Below are positions 1 to 9,154 of a stretch of DNA of 29,225 bases, piece by piece. Source of the stretch: an uncultured Myxococcia bacterium. Its GTDB lineage: Bacteria > CAZTWC01. Location: NCBI GenBank assembly GCA_964617105.1, contig CAZTWC010000013.1:1-29225 (forward strand), read 5' to 3'. The notes beneath the pieces were generated by a model. It saw only the letters and a program-made list of their open reading frames with translations, ran no database searches and was not told the DNA's origin. The stretch's first letter is position 1; every line of letters begins with the position of its first letter. Position numbers and translations under genes: made by a program.

Positions 1-293
1 TTTACATCTGGGTTCAACAGTAGTATTGCCTGGCCGGATGAAACAGAACAGGCAAAATTGGCTGCTCTGGCCAGTCCTATATTTTTTGAAAATAGTTGAA
101 GATTAATGGATGGTTTTTGGGCGCAGAATTTTTTCAGAAAATCGCGGCTGCCATCAGTGGAATTATTATCAACCACAATCAAATCACCCGTCACTTTTTG
201 CAGTTCCCGGATAACCAAGGGCAAGTTTTCTTTTAATAACTCCAGATCATTATAGTTAACTATTATCGCGGTAATTGTAGATATTTTGGCCAT
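1..293 (-). CDS. Glycosyltransferase family 2 protein, N-terminal portion; the gene continues beyond the window start
   Basis: Reverse-strand ATG is the complement of 291-293. The translation is MAKISTITAIIVNYNDLELLKENLPLVIRELQKVTGDLIVVDNNSTDGSRDFLKKF...NIGLARAAN.... This shows the GT-A/GT2 N-terminal motifs (hxxxNYN, VVDNxSxD, NxGFAxAxN). It is absent from the ORF track because it is truncated at the edge. Confidence 0.6.
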   Translation of the reverse strand, partial: MAKISTITAIIVNYNDLELLKENLPLVIRELQKVTGDLIVVDNNSTDGSRDFLKKFCAQKPSINLQLFSKNIGLARAANFACSVSSGQAILLLNPDV

Positions 294-382
294 AACCGGG
301 GTAAAAATTCAGAAACTTCTATTAAATACTGATTTTAGGTTATATAACACATCAACGAAAAATACTGAATTAATTTGTCACT

Positions 383-402
383 TTGACAAATTGTGTTATA
401 AT
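383..402 (+). promoter_or_regulatory. Candidate sigma70-type promoter with an extended -10 (TGnTATAAT) upstream of the sugar transferase gene
   Basis: TTGACA lies at 383-388 but only 8 nt from the -10, so it is probably not a functional -35. TGTTATAAT at 394-402 is a perfect extended -10. GGAG at 445-448 precedes GTG 455 / ATG 458. Confidence 0.3.
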
Positions 403-454
403 CGGCACCATCTTTACCAGGGTGAAATAGTAAAGTTTGAAAAATGGAGTTTAG

Positions 455-1918
455 GTGATGTTTCGTAAACGGGCAGCCAGGAAAATCCTGTTGATAGGCG
501 ACTTACTGCTGATCTTTTTGGCTTTCTTACTGGCCTATTACCTGAGAAAATATTCCTTTGACTTTAGTGACAAACCCTTTTTGTCGGTTTGGCGCTACTT
601 GTGGGCTTTTGGGGTTGCCCTGATAACCTGGCTGGGAGGTGCCTTTTTCCTGAGGCTCTATCTGCGCCATCCAGCCTACAATACACTCCCGCAACTGGTA
701 AAAATCATTTTTATAGCCTCAGGCACCGGGGTAATTATCACCTTTGTGGCCTTTTTCTTCCGAGAATTACATATGAGCAGGCTGTTCATCCTCTTTTTTG
801 CCTGCCATATCGCTATCTTCACTTGCATTTTCCACATGGCCTATTTTTTGTTGATAATCTACCACCGGTACAAAGGATACAACATCCGCTCCGTATTGAT
901 TGCCGGCCACGGACAGCAGGCGGTAAACATGGCAGACCACCTTACCGCCATAGATTATGGCATCAAGGTGGCGGGTATTATCTCTATGGTAAAAAAATCG
1001 GATAAAACTGCCATCGAAACAGACGAACTTCTTTCTGAAGACAAAATTTACCATGGTAAAGATGGCAACCAGTATCCCTTTCTAGGGCATATTTTCGACT
1101 TGGCCTCAATACTTGAAAACCATGTTATAGATGAAGTGATATTTATTGTAGATAGCCGTCAGATGAAAATAGTGGAGCAGGGTTTCAGTCTTTGCGAAGA
1201 ATTGGGCGTTAGCGCCCGGTTGATGCTTGACTTTTTCCCACGCCGTATTGCCAGAGCCGAAGTGGACAACCTGGAGGGAGTCCCCTTGCTCTCTTTTGTT
1301 ACCACCCCCACCAATCAGATGGCATTGGCGATAAAACGCTCCTTTGATGTGCTATTTTCCCTGGTAGTATTGATTTGTGGAGCACCTTTTTTCCTGCTCA
1401 TCGCTGCATTAATCAAAGCCACCTCTAACGGCCCAATATTTTATCGCCAGGTACGCTCCGGGCAGAATGGTCGCCAATTTATCCTATACAAGTTCAGAAC
1501 CATGGACCAGGATGCCGAGCAGCACCAGGATGAAGTGCGCTGTCTTAACCAGATGTCGGGCCCGGTTTTCAAGAGTGCTTCAGATCCCCGACTCACCAAG
1601 ATTGGACGTTTGCTGCGTAGTTTCAGTCTGGATGAGTTGCCCCAGTTTTATAATGTATTAGCGGGGGATATGAGCATTGTCGGCCCCAGGCCGCCTTTAC
1701 CTTCGGAAGTGCAGCTCTACAAACGGTGGCAAAGACGCCGTTTGAGTGTGCGCCCGGGCATCACCTGCATTTGGCAGGTTTCAGGTCGTAATCAGGTAGA
1801 TTTTAACCGGTGGATGGAGATGGACCTTTTTTATATCGACAACTGGTCCCTGTGGATGGATACCAAAATATTTTTGCGAACTATTCCGGCCGTGCTATCC
1901 CGCCGCGGCGCCTATTAG
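455..1918 (+). CDS. Polyprenyl-phosphate sugar phosphotransferase (bacterial sugar transferase family, WbaP/EpsB-like). It has N-terminal TM helices, a CoA-binding-like central region and a C-terminal catalytic domain.
   Basis: The C-terminal region SFDVLFSLVVLICGAPFFLLIAALIKATSNGPIFYRQVRSGQNGRQFILYKFRTM...LDELPQFYNVLAGDMSIVGPRP is the classic Bac_transf signature. Several hydrophobic helices lie in the first ~130 aa. The start is GTG 455 or ATG 458. Confidence 0.8.
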   Translation: MMFRKRAARKILLIGDLLLIFLAFLLAYYLRKYSFDFSDKPFLSVWRYLWAFGVALITWLGGAFFLRLYLRHPAYNTLPQLVKIIFIASGTGVIITFVAFFFRELHMSRLFILFFACHIAIFTCIFHMAYFLLIIYHRYKGYNIRSVLIAGHGQQAVNMADHLTAIDYGIKVAGIISMVKKSDKTAIETDELLSEDKIYHGKDGNQYPFLGHIFDLASILENHVIDEVIFIVDSRQMKIVEQGFSLCEELGVSARLMLDFFPRRIARAEVDNLEGVPLLSFVTTPTNQMALAIKRSFDVLFSLVVLICGAPFFLLIAALIKATSNGPIFYRQVRSGQNGRQFILYKFRTMDQDAEQHQDEVRCLNQMSGPVFKSASDPRLTKIGRLLRSFSLDELPQFYNVLAGDMSIVGPRPPLPSEVQLYKRWQRRRLSVRPGITCIWQVSGRNQVDFNRWMEMDLFYIDNWSLWMDTKIFLRTIPAVLSRRGAY

Positions 1919-1921
1919 TCA

Positions 1922-3727
1922 CTACCCACCCAACCTGAACACTCCGGTTTTAATTGTCGCCTCGATTTTTTCGCCTTTGGTGGTGGAGGCTTCGCCAAAA
2001 ACGATCTCTCCTAGCCCAAGATGACCTAAAAGTTGCGGAGTGCCGGGAGCCACCCATCCTAAAAAGAGAAACATCCCCTCTGCTTTTCCGGACATAAAGG
2101 GAACTTTATTCCCTTTTTTAACTAAATTTTTAGGCAGGGTAACTAAGATTAGAAAAATTTTGTAATTTTCACCAACTACGCCCGGCACAATAATAGTGGC
2201 CTTATCCTTATCATCTGGCGGCTCAGCCGGATGGGCGGAGGCACCCACCATAAATGCCTTATAATCCTTGTTAATGTAAGAAACGTTGAAAGTGCCCTGA
2301 CCTGACGTCATAGGATCTTTGGGTTGCTTATCGGCCCAGGTTGTCGAAAAAGTCACGCTGGCCTCACCGGCCATCCCTATACAGGGAATTTTTCTCAGGG
2401 GAAATTCCCACCTGGGCGGACTGTCGCCATCCATCTCTTTATGAATAACACTCTTGCGGCTGGTGATAAACTTGTTTACTTTTTTCAGGGACTCTTTAAA
2501 AATATTGGCCACCTTTGGAACCAGATGTGGCGTAAGGAGTTCTTCCATACGGGCACTCTCGGCTATAAGGGCTTTATCATCCCAAATTTCATCCACCAGC
2601 GACAGCAGTTGTTTTACATATTTTGAACGAGTTTCAGGCAGATTATAGAGCCGCCTGCTAAGTATACTGTGGGCTAAAACAGATTTAGGCGGCTTAGTTT
2701 CCATCAGCGGTTGCATAAATTGGATAAAATTATTCATGGTGCCATCTACGCCCCAGGGGATAAAGTAAAATTTGTTGGAAACCGGGTGGCGGTAAACATA
2801 AAAATTGTTGTTATTGCCGTTGTAGCTATCCCAATGGCCGGTAAGCACTTCCATGGCCCAGTATTTGATAAAAGCATCAATGTCCAAAATAGGCTCCAAC
2901 TTTTTGAGCAATTCCTCATCCGGAACCTGCAGCGCTTCCACCATTTTATCGATATCTTTCCAGTCATTTTCTTGTTCATTGGTCTTTTTCTCAAAATGGG
3001 CAATCCACTGAGGCCGGAAATCGGCAATTGTTCCTTCGTATAAGTTGCCTGAATCATTCTGATAATTCCGCTTTAAAAAGGGTTTTTTTATTGGTTCAAC
3101 ATTGGAATAAATACCCAAATCCTGGCCGTTTACATAAACATGAGCAAAATTGCAGCGGGAGGAGGGGAGGCCAGCTTCGGCAAATAATTGATAAGTAAAA
3201 CACTGCTTAATTAGACTGGGGTCCTGTTTGTTATTGTTCAGGGTAAGCCTTTTTGCTCCTTTGAACAACCGGGTTTGGTCATACTCCAGAAATTTGACTT
3301 TTATTGACGGTTTGCTGCTGCTTTGTGATCCCAGCAAACCTTTTTTACGCACTCCAACCCTGGTGAATTTTTCATTGTCAATGGTAATATCGGCAGGAAA
3401 ATAGGTGTACACCGATTTTTCCAAAGGTTTGGGGCAGCCTTCAGCAAATATTTTTTCGGTGTTTTGCCTCTGGACCCGCATTTGGTCCCAGTCCTCCGGC
3501 TTCATCTCTATGCGGATATCCAGAATGTGCTCTGGTTTGAATATGGCGTCAGTTGGATCCGGTTTTTTATTCTCGGTTGAATCGGAACTATTGCTCTCTA
3601 ATTGGTCAGAGTTTTTATGATCAGTAGGGCCGGATTTATCACCGCATGACAATGGTAATAATGATAGGACTAGAACCAGGGCAGTTACCAACCAATAGTT
3701 TAGAAAACTGATTTTTTTATACAACAT
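1922..3727 (-). CDS. Secreted CotH-family (atypical protein kinase) protein. It has an N-terminal signal or lipoprotein-like peptide, a low-complexity S/D/N/K linker and a C-terminal ~130-aa extension.
   Basis: The N-terminus MLYKKISFLNYWLVTALVLVLSLLPLSCGDKSG is signal-peptide-like. The core contains ...YWAMEVLTGHWDSYNGNNNNFYVYRHPVSNKFYFIPWGVDGTM..., matching my memory of the CotH Pfam block (hWDg...NNYYLY...gKf.FIPWDxD). The RBS is AGGA, 10 nt upstream. Confidence 0.6.
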   Translation of the reverse strand: MLYKKISFLNYWLVTALVLVLSLLPLSCGDKSGPTDHKNSDQLESNSSDSTENKKPDPTDAIFKPEHILDIRIEMKPEDWDQMRVQRQNTEKIFAEGCPKPLEKSVYTYFPADITIDNEKFTRVGVRKKGLLGSQSSSKPSIKVKFLEYDQTRLFKGAKRLTLNNNKQDPSLIKQCFTYQLFAEAGLPSSRCNFAHVYVNGQDLGIYSNVEPIKKPFLKRNYQNDSGNLYEGTIADFRPQWIAHFEKKTNEQENDWKDIDKMVEALQVPDEELLKKLEPILDIDAFIKYWAMEVLTGHWDSYNGNNNNFYVYRHPVSNKFYFIPWGVDGTMNNFIQFMQPLMETKPPKSVLAHSILSRRLYNLPETRSKYVKQLLSLVDEIWDDKALIAESARMEELLTPHLVPKVANIFKESLKKVNKFITSRKSVIHKEMDGDSPPRWEFPLRKIPCIGMAGEASVTFSTTWADKQPKDPMTSGQGTFNVSYINKDYKAFMVGASAHPAEPPDDKDKATIIVPGVVGENYKIFLILVTLPKNLVKKGNKVPFMSGKAEGMFLFLGWVAPGTPQLLGHLGLGEIVFGEASTTKGEKIEATIKTGVFRLGG

Positions 3728-3770
3728 ATTAACACGATCCTGTCTTAAAATTCATTTCGTAGTAGACCGA

Positions 3771-3845
3771 CTCCCCTTGGTACGGAGAGAAGTCCAGTTT
3801 GTCTGGACAGAGGAAGGGGAGAGGGGGTAAAGGGGTTGGGACGGA
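3771..3845. other. Compound stem-loop followed by a G-rich (plus strand) / C-rich (minus strand) tract. It lies between the spoVR stop and the cotH-like start.
   Basis: A perfect 6-bp hairpin gtccag-tttgt-ctggac sits at 3792-3808. It is nested in an outer 8-bp pairing ctcccctt (3771-3778) / aaggggag (3814-3821). It is followed by gaggaaggggagagggggtaaaggggttggg (to ~3845). On the minus-strand transcript this is a C-rich, G-poor tract. Confidence 0.3.
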
Positions 3846-3847
3846 CA

Positions 3848-5353
3848 CTAACTGACTTTGTTTTGTTTTACCTCTTTGCCGTCAAAAGTGATGATGCTCT
3901 TGTCGTCACCAAGTTGGGTGAGGATATTAACCGGTCTGGACCAAATCGTGTAAATGTTGCGCAAAGTGTCGCAGGCATAGTCTGTTTTCAGATCCACCCC
4001 TTCGTGCTGATGGACCAAGAGCAACTCTCCTCGATTTTCATAGTTGGCGTTTTCAACGTAGATAATGGGCTGACCAAAATTGGTCAAACTGTGGAGTAAC
4101 TTATTTTTGATTATTTGAAATTTTCTGCTCTCGATCACCCAGTTTTTGCTCTTTTCGTGGTATCCATAGGTAAAGAGTTTATATTCGCGGCAAAACTCTT
4201 CGGTTAAAAATTCATCTATGAAAGTAACATCGTTGTAATATTTACGTACTTCGAATATTTTTTCCCGTCCTTTGTTAAGGTGGGTATTCCAGTTGTTGCG
4301 CACCGCCATATTTTCGCATTCCCGGTATTCCTTACCAAAACGTCCCTTGTTCCAACGGTCTTCGATGTGGCGAAACAACTCTATCCCCAGTTTGTATGGG
4401 TTGATTCGACCCGGACTGGTGCCCAGGGTGCCAGAGTGGTGGTCGGCATAATCGATCACTTCCGAGTCGTCCAGCGCTTTGGTGGTCATTATCTTGGAGT
4501 GCCAAAAGGAAGCCCAGCCTTCGTTCATTATTTTGGTCTGCCCTTGAGGCGCAAAATAGTAACTCTCTTCCCGGATAATGGAGAGGATGTCGCTTTGCCA
4601 CTTTTTCATAGGAGCATTTTCCTGTAAAAAGAGAAGGACATCTTTTTCTGGTTCCTCAGGAAATTTGCGCACCATCTCCTTGCGTAGTTTTTCCTGTTTG
4701 AGCACCTCTTTTTGTTTATCCAAAAAATTTTTAGGATTAACGTAGTTGGACATATACTCCTTGTTCACCTTGAATTTTTTTACATCGATCTTTTCATCGT
4801 TATCATCTTCCTCAACTTCAGCCCGGTGACGTTTTATAAAAGGGGAATAGTAATCGATTAAATTTTCCAGGCTAAGGCAAGTATCGATAAAAGATTCAAC
4901 TTTTTCCACCCCGTATTTGTCCATGTATTTTCTTACCCGGGTGGCGTGGTTGGCCATTTCGTCCACCATTTTCCGATTGGTGTGTGCAAAAAAGTAATTG
5001 TTTTTAAAAAAATCGCAGTGACCGTAAACATGGGCGATGACTATTTTTTGGTCAACCAGAGCGTTACTTTGCAAGAGATAGGCATAACAGGGATCGTTAT
5101 TGATCACCATCTCGTAGATTTTGGATAACCCGTAAGTATAAGATTTGGAGAGTTGGTCATACTCCATGCCAAAACGCCAGTGCGGATAACGGGTGGGAAA
5201 TCCTCCATAGGCAGCCACCATATTGATCTCATCGTATTTACAGACCTCGAAAATGGTTTCAAAAAAATCGAGGCCGTAATCTTTGGCGTATCCTTTTATG
5301 TTTTCCTGGATATCTGCCAGTTTAGGAGGAAGATTGCGATTAAAAAATGTCAT
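3848..5353 (-). CDS. spoVR: SpoVR/YcgB family protein
   Basis: The 501-aa product has an N-terminus ...YGLDFFETIFEVCKYDEINMVAAYGGFPTRYPHWRFGMEYDQLSKSYTYGLSKIYEMVINNDPCYAYLL... characteristic of SpoVR. The RBS is AGGA, 8 nt upstream. It lies 37 bp downstream of the yeaH-like gene on the same strand. Confidence 0.8.
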   Translation of the reverse strand: MTFFNRNLPPKLADIQENIKGYAKDYGLDFFETIFEVCKYDEINMVAAYGGFPTRYPHWRFGMEYDQLSKSYTYGLSKIYEMVINNDPCYAYLLQSNALVDQKIVIAHVYGHCDFFKNNYFFAHTNRKMVDEMANHATRVRKYMDKYGVEKVESFIDTCLSLENLIDYYSPFIKRHRAEVEEDDNDEKIDVKKFKVNKEYMSNYVNPKNFLDKQKEVLKQEKLRKEMVRKFPEEPEKDVLLFLQENAPMKKWQSDILSIIREESYYFAPQGQTKIMNEGWASFWHSKIMTTKALDDSEVIDYADHHSGTLGTSPGRINPYKLGIELFRHIEDRWNKGRFGKEYRECENMAVRNNWNTHLNKGREKIFEVRKYYNDVTFIDEFLTEEFCREYKLFTYGYHEKSKNWVIESRKFQIIKNKLLHSLTNFGQPIIYVENANYENRGELLLVHQHEGVDLKTDYACDTLRNIYTIWSRPVNILTQLGDDKSIITFDGKEVKQNKVS

Positions 5354-5390
5354 ATCGTTTATCCTGCCTGATGTTCTACTGTACTGTGCA

Positions 5391-6500
5391 CTACTTACCT
5401 TTGCCCAAAAACTCTTTTATTGAATCGAATATCCCATCTTTACCTTTAATTTCCGAGGTGACAAGATTTTCATTGTCCGAAAGATGCTGACCCAACTCTT
5501 TGATAAACTGGCCACTGCCGTATTGGCTTTCCACCTGGCCATAACAGAACATGTTTACCTGAGCCAACATTTTTTCTTTGAGTAATTTGATACAAACACT
5601 GGAATCATCGGTTGACCAATTGTCGCCATCGGAAAAGTGAAAGGGGTAGATATTCCACTCAGAGGGATTGTAATCTTCGTCAATAATTTTATCACATAAT
5701 TTATAGGCACTGCTGATCATGGTTCCGCCGCTCTCCCGGGTGTGGAAAAAAGTTTCTCGATCCACCTCCCTGGCCACGGCGTCATGGATAATATAGCGGG
5801 ACTCGATCCCTTCGTAGTTGGCGGACAACCAGGTTTCTATCCAAAAAGATTCTATCCGCACAATTTCCTTTTGCTCTTCACCCATAGAGCCAGAAACATC
5901 CATCATATAAATAATAACCGCGCTGGAAGTGGGTATCCTGGTGATCCGGATTGCCCGGTAACGCTTGTCTTCCCGGTGAGGAATCACCATCGGCCGCTTG
6001 GGGTTATAGGTACCGCTGGCAATTTGGCGCTGCAAGGCTTGGCGGTAAGTTCGTTTGAAATGGCGCAGGGATTCGGGACCGGCTGTATATACACCGGTAT
6101 ATTTCAACTTTTCGGCGATGATATTCTTTTTCCCCTTGGGTTCGATGCGGGGCAGTTCCAACTCTTCACCCATAATTTCAGCCAACTCCTCCAGAGTGAC
6201 ATCCACTTCCAAAACATGTTCGCCCGGCTGATCGCCCGCCTCCTTACCATCGCCCGGTTGCACCTGTCCCGGCTGCAGGACCTGTCCCTCCTCACCGTCT
6301 CCCTGCCCGACTCCACCAGTATTTTTATGGCCAAAACGAAATTTGGGGATCTCAATCTGTGGCAGGGGAATACTGACTATATCTTTCCCCTTTTTGCCCA
6401 GCAGTTCCCCTTTGGTAATATACTTTTTAAGATTTTTTTTGATCCTGCCCTTAATGATTTCTTTGAAGCGGCTGTGATCTTGCTTAATTTTTTGTACCAT
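5391..6500 (-). CDS. YeaH/YhbH family protein (DUF444) with a C-terminal vWA-like domain
   Basis: The 369-aa product has ...[34 protein letters not shown]... and a MIDAS-like [15 protein letters not shown] typical of UPF0229/YeaH. It sits between prkA and spoVR, as in the conserved prkA-yhbH / yeaG-yeaH arrangement. Confidence 0.8.
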   Translation of the reverse strand: MVQKIKQDHSRFKEIIKGRIKKNLKKYITKGELLGKKGKDIVSIPLPQIEIPKFRFGHKNTGGVGQGDGEEGQVLQPGQVQPGDGKEAGDQPGEHVLEVDVTLEELAEIMGEELELPRIEPKGKKNIIAEKLKYTGVYTAGPESLRHFKRTYRQALQRQIASGTYNPKRPMVIPHREDKRYRAIRITRIPTSSAVIIYMMDVSGSMGEEQKEIVRIESFWIETWLSANYEGIESRYIIHDAVAREVDRETFFHTRESGGTMISSAYKLCDKIIDEDYNPSEWNIYPFHFSDGDNWSTDDSSVCIKLLKEKMLAQVNMFCYGQVESQYGSGQFIKELGQHLSDNENLVTSEIKGKDGIFDSIKEFLGKGK

Positions 6501-6510
6501 GGTTTTTTAT

Positions 6511-6656
6511 TGCATCCGCATTATTACCTATTAATTTAAGAATGTGGAGGCGCTCGGATAACTAGGCGCCGTTTCTAAAATCACAGCAGGCGTATGATAA
6601 TACGTCGAGGATAATTTTAGAAACGGCAACAACGTTAGCCGAGATGCATCCGCATT
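6511..6656. repeat. Structured intercistronic element between prkA and the yeaH-like gene. A 12-bp direct repeat TGCATCCGCATT (6511-6522 and 6645-6656) flanks a perfect 13-bp inverted repeat CCGTTTCTAAAAT / ATTTTAGAAACGG (6569-6581 / 6614-6626).
   Basis: All repeats were read directly from the sequence. One direct-repeat copy lies 4 nt after the prkA stop and the other 11 nt before the yeaH-like ATG. The inverted repeat would form a 13-bp stem with a 32-nt loop in the operon mRNA. No SD sequence precedes the yeaH-like start. Confidence 0.35.
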
Positions 6657-6659
6657 CTT

Positions 6660-8729
6660 CTACTTGTCTTCTTTTATGTCGCCTCGGGCAAATATACTCG
6701 CCACAAAATTCAGCACATCAGTAGCGCAAATTTCGCAATAGCCGTATCCATCGATCAACCGCTGTTTGACTACATCAATTTTCTCCTGGGTATCTTTGTC
6801 CACCACTGCACTCACCAAACTTTTCAACTTGATGGTGTCTTTCTGGTCTTCAAACAATTTCAACTCCAGCGCTTTTTGCAGCCTCTCGTTGGTGCGATAA
6901 TCAAATCCCTTACCATCCACAGCCAGGGCACCGATGTAGTTCATTATTTCGCGTCTGAAATCGTCTTTGCGTGATTCCGGAATCTCAATTTTTTCTTCAA
7001 TAGAACGCATCAGTCTCTCATCAGGCTCCTCGTATTGGCCGGTGTATTTGTTTTTAATCTTCTCTTTTTGAGTGTAGGCTTTTACATTGTCGATATAGTT
7101 GCTGCACAACTTGGTGATAGCGTTTTCATCGGCGGAAATTGCTTTTTGTACTTCATTTTTAATGATATCTTCATATTCCTGTTTCACCACATTTAGCAAA
7201 TCGCTATAATGCTTACGCATATCCTTGCTGGTGACCAAAGAGTGGTGTTTCATACCGGCTTCCAATTCATTTAAAACCAGGAAGGGGTTAATACAGCCTT
7301 CCGCTTTGTCGCTAACCAGGGAATTGGACATTTTATCCTGCACGTAACGAGGGCTTATCCCCTCCATTCCCTCGCGCTCCGTTTCTTTACGCAACTCTTT
7401 AATATTATCTTCTGTAAAGCCGCTTAAGGTTTTTCCATCGTAAAGTTTTAACTTCTGCAACAGGGTAAGGTTGTGTTTTTTGGGCTCTTCCAGCCTGGTG
7501 AGCACCGCCCACATGGCAGCCATCTCCACGGTATGGGGAGCAATGTGTTTTCCCTTGATTCTTTTGGTGTTAAAATCTCTGGAATAGATTTTGATCTCTT
7601 CTGAGAGTTTGGTGATATAGGGAATATCTACTTTGATGGTCCGATCACGTAAGGCTTCCATGAACTCATTGTTCTGAAGTTTTTTAAATTCCGGTTCATT
7701 GGTATGGCCGATGATCACTTCGTCAATATCGGTCTGAGCAAATTTTTTCGGTTTAATCTTATGCTCCTGGGTGGCCCCCAAAAGGTCGTATAGAAAAGCT
7801 ACATCCAATTTGAGGATTTCTATAAACTCAATAATACCCCGGTTGGCTATATTAAATTCACCATCGAAATTAAAGGCGCGGGGATCGGAGTCAGAACCAT
7901 ACTCGGCGATTTTGCGATAATTGATATCACCGGTCAATTCGGTGGAGTCCTGATTTTTCTCATCTTTAGGCTGAAAGGTGCCTATACCGCAGCGGTCTTT
8001 TTCGCTCAAGATCAACCGGCGCACGGTAATATGCTTGATCACTTTGCTCCAGTCGCCGTTGTACCGCTTGCTTAACTCGCTGAAAACATAGCGGCAGGCC
8101 GGGCACAACTCGCCGGTATTGGGAATAAGATACTCCTTGTTGCCCAATCCCAACTCGTTAAAAACCCTATCACGCCATTCCGCTGGAATCAGATGGATTG
8201 GGTCCTCGTGCATGGGGCAATTCATGATTTCTTCAACATCTTTACCATCCAAATTTTTACGCATAAATTTCCAGGTAAAAGTGTACATGGTCCCTTCCGG
8301 TATTTTACTGTAATCTTCCCGCCCTTTTTTCATCAATCTGGCGATAGTGCTCTTAGAACTTCCCACCGGGCCGTGGAGTAAAATTACCCTCTTTTCTGGT
8401 CCATATTGGTTGGCGGCTGATTTAAATACATTTACCAGTTTCATTAGAGAAATATCCAGGCCATAGATTGCATCGGCGCCACCAAATTTTTCATCTTTAA
8501 AAAAATTGTAACTAACAATCTTCTTTTTATTGTCCATATACTCGGTTTTACCATAGGAGGTGATCATATCGTATAGATGCTGAAATGCTGTCCTGGTAAC
8601 CCGGGGATTTTCTTTGACAATCTGCAGGTAATCCTCAAAATTTCCTACCCAGTTCAGCTCCTGGTACTGCCTGGTGTCCTGTAATTTGGCAATAACATCT
8701 AACATTGTTTTTTTTGCAGACCTAGCCAT
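6660..8729 (-). CDS. prkA: PrkA family serine protein kinase (AAA+ ATPase N-terminal domain plus C-terminal kinase domain)
   Basis: [56 protein letters not shown]... and the Walker [11 protein letters not shown] are typical of PrkA/YeaG. I moved the start from the track's 8807 to the ATG at 8729 (complement of 8727-8729). That ATG is preceded by AAAGGAGG 8 nt upstream. The longer ORF adds 26 non-conserved residues and has no RBS. Confidence 0.85.
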   Translation of the reverse strand: MARSAKKTMLDVIAKLQDTRQYQELNWVGNFEDYLQIVKENPRVTRTAFQHLYDMITSYGKTEYMDNKKKIVSYNFFKDEKFGGADAIYGLDISLMKLVNVFKSAANQYGPEKRVILLHGPVGSSKSTIARLMKKGREDYSKIPEGTMYTFTWKFMRKNLDGKDVEEIMNCPMHEDPIHLIPAEWRDRVFNELGLGNKEYLIPNTGELCPACRYVFSELSKRYNGDWSKVIKHITVRRLILSEKDRCGIGTFQPKDEKNQDSTELTGDINYRKIAEYGSDSDPRAFNFDGEFNIANRGIIEFIEILKLDVAFLYDLLGATQEHKIKPKKFAQTDIDEVIIGHTNEPEFKKLQNNEFMEALRDRTIKVDIPYITKLSEEIKIYSRDFNTKRIKGKHIAPHTVEMAAMWAVLTRLEEPKKHNLTLLQKLKLYDGKTLSGFTEDNIKELRKETEREGMEGISPRYVQDKMSNSLVSDKAEGCINPFLVLNELEAGMKHHSLVTSKDMRKHYSDLLNVVKQEYEDIIKNEVQKAISADENAITKLCSNYIDNVKAYTQKEKIKNKYTGQYEEPDERLMRSIEEKIEIPESRKDDFRREIMNYIGALAVDGKGFDYRTNERLQKALELKLFEDQKDTIKLKSLVSAVVDKDTQEKIDVVKQRLIDGYGYCEICATDVLNFVASIFARGDIKEDK

Positions 8730-8823
8730 AAGTATTTTGCCTCCTTTAAATATAAAGATCTGGATATAATAATTTTCTTGACTTTTCCCGGAACACTCAC
8801 CCCACAAATAATTTCAAACTAAC

Positions 8824-9045
8824 TCACGTTACCGCTTCAACCCGCTCAACTTCCGGTATTTTCTCTTTTAGTCTTTGCTCTACTCCCATTTTCAGGGTCA
8901 TCGCAGCTCCCGGACAACCGGCACAGGCACCCTGAAGTTTTACAAAAACAACGTTATCCTTAACATCAACCAATTCGATATTTCCGCCATCAGCGATTAA
9001 AAAAGGTCTAATCTCGTCTAATACTTTTTCTACTTTTTCTTTCAT
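8824..9045 (-). CDS. NifU/Nfu-like Fe-S cluster assembly/carrier domain protein
   Basis: The 73-aa product has ...IRPFLIADGGNIELVDV...LQGACAGCPGAAMTLKMGVEQRLKEKIPEV..., the NifU C-terminal domain with a CxxC. The RBS is AGGAGG. Confidence 0.75.
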   Translation of the reverse strand: MKEKVEKVLDEIRPFLIADGGNIELVDVKDNVVFVKLQGACAGCPGAAMTLKMGVEQRLKEKIPEVERVEAVT

Positions 9046-9068
9046 AATAGAACCTCCTATATCTCAAG

Positions 9069-9097
9069 ATAATATACACGATTGAGCAATTTATCAA
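9069..9097 (-). promoter_or_regulatory. Candidate sigma70 promoter for the nifU-like gene: TTGATA-17-TATTAT on the minus strand
   Basis: On the minus strand, TTGATA (complement of 9092-9097), a 17-nt spacer and TATTAT (complement of 9069-9074). The predicted TSS is ~9062, leaving a short leader with AGGAGG before ATG 9045. Confidence 0.35.
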
Positions 9098-9104
9098 TTA
9101 TTTT

Positions 9105-9135
9105 TTTATATTCTTACTTTAAATAAGAATATAAA
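9105..9135. repeat. Perfect palindrome with 12-bp arms TTTATATTCTTA / TAAGAATATAAA around a 7-bp spacer (CTTTAAA). It sits in the divergent promoter region and may be an operator.
   Basis: Read directly: 9105-9116 is the reverse complement of 9124-9135. It lies 8 bp upstream of the nifU-like -35 and ~20 bp upstream of the PAS-gene -35. Confidence 0.6.
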
Positions 9136-9154
9136 TTTAAAGATCGAAGATAGA

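Noticed and set aside
286-468. 60-aa ORF in the GT2 / sugar-transferase divergent promoter region
   Set aside because: It overlaps the promoter elements and the start of the sugar transferase. It has low-complexity composition. It is not credible as a gene.
589-1054. Track ORFs 589..1005 (+) and 767..1054 (-) lying inside the sugar transferase gene
   Set aside because: They sit in alternative frames or on the opposite strand of a gene with strong family motifs. They have odd composition (Pro/Arg/His-rich) and no RBS. They are spurious.
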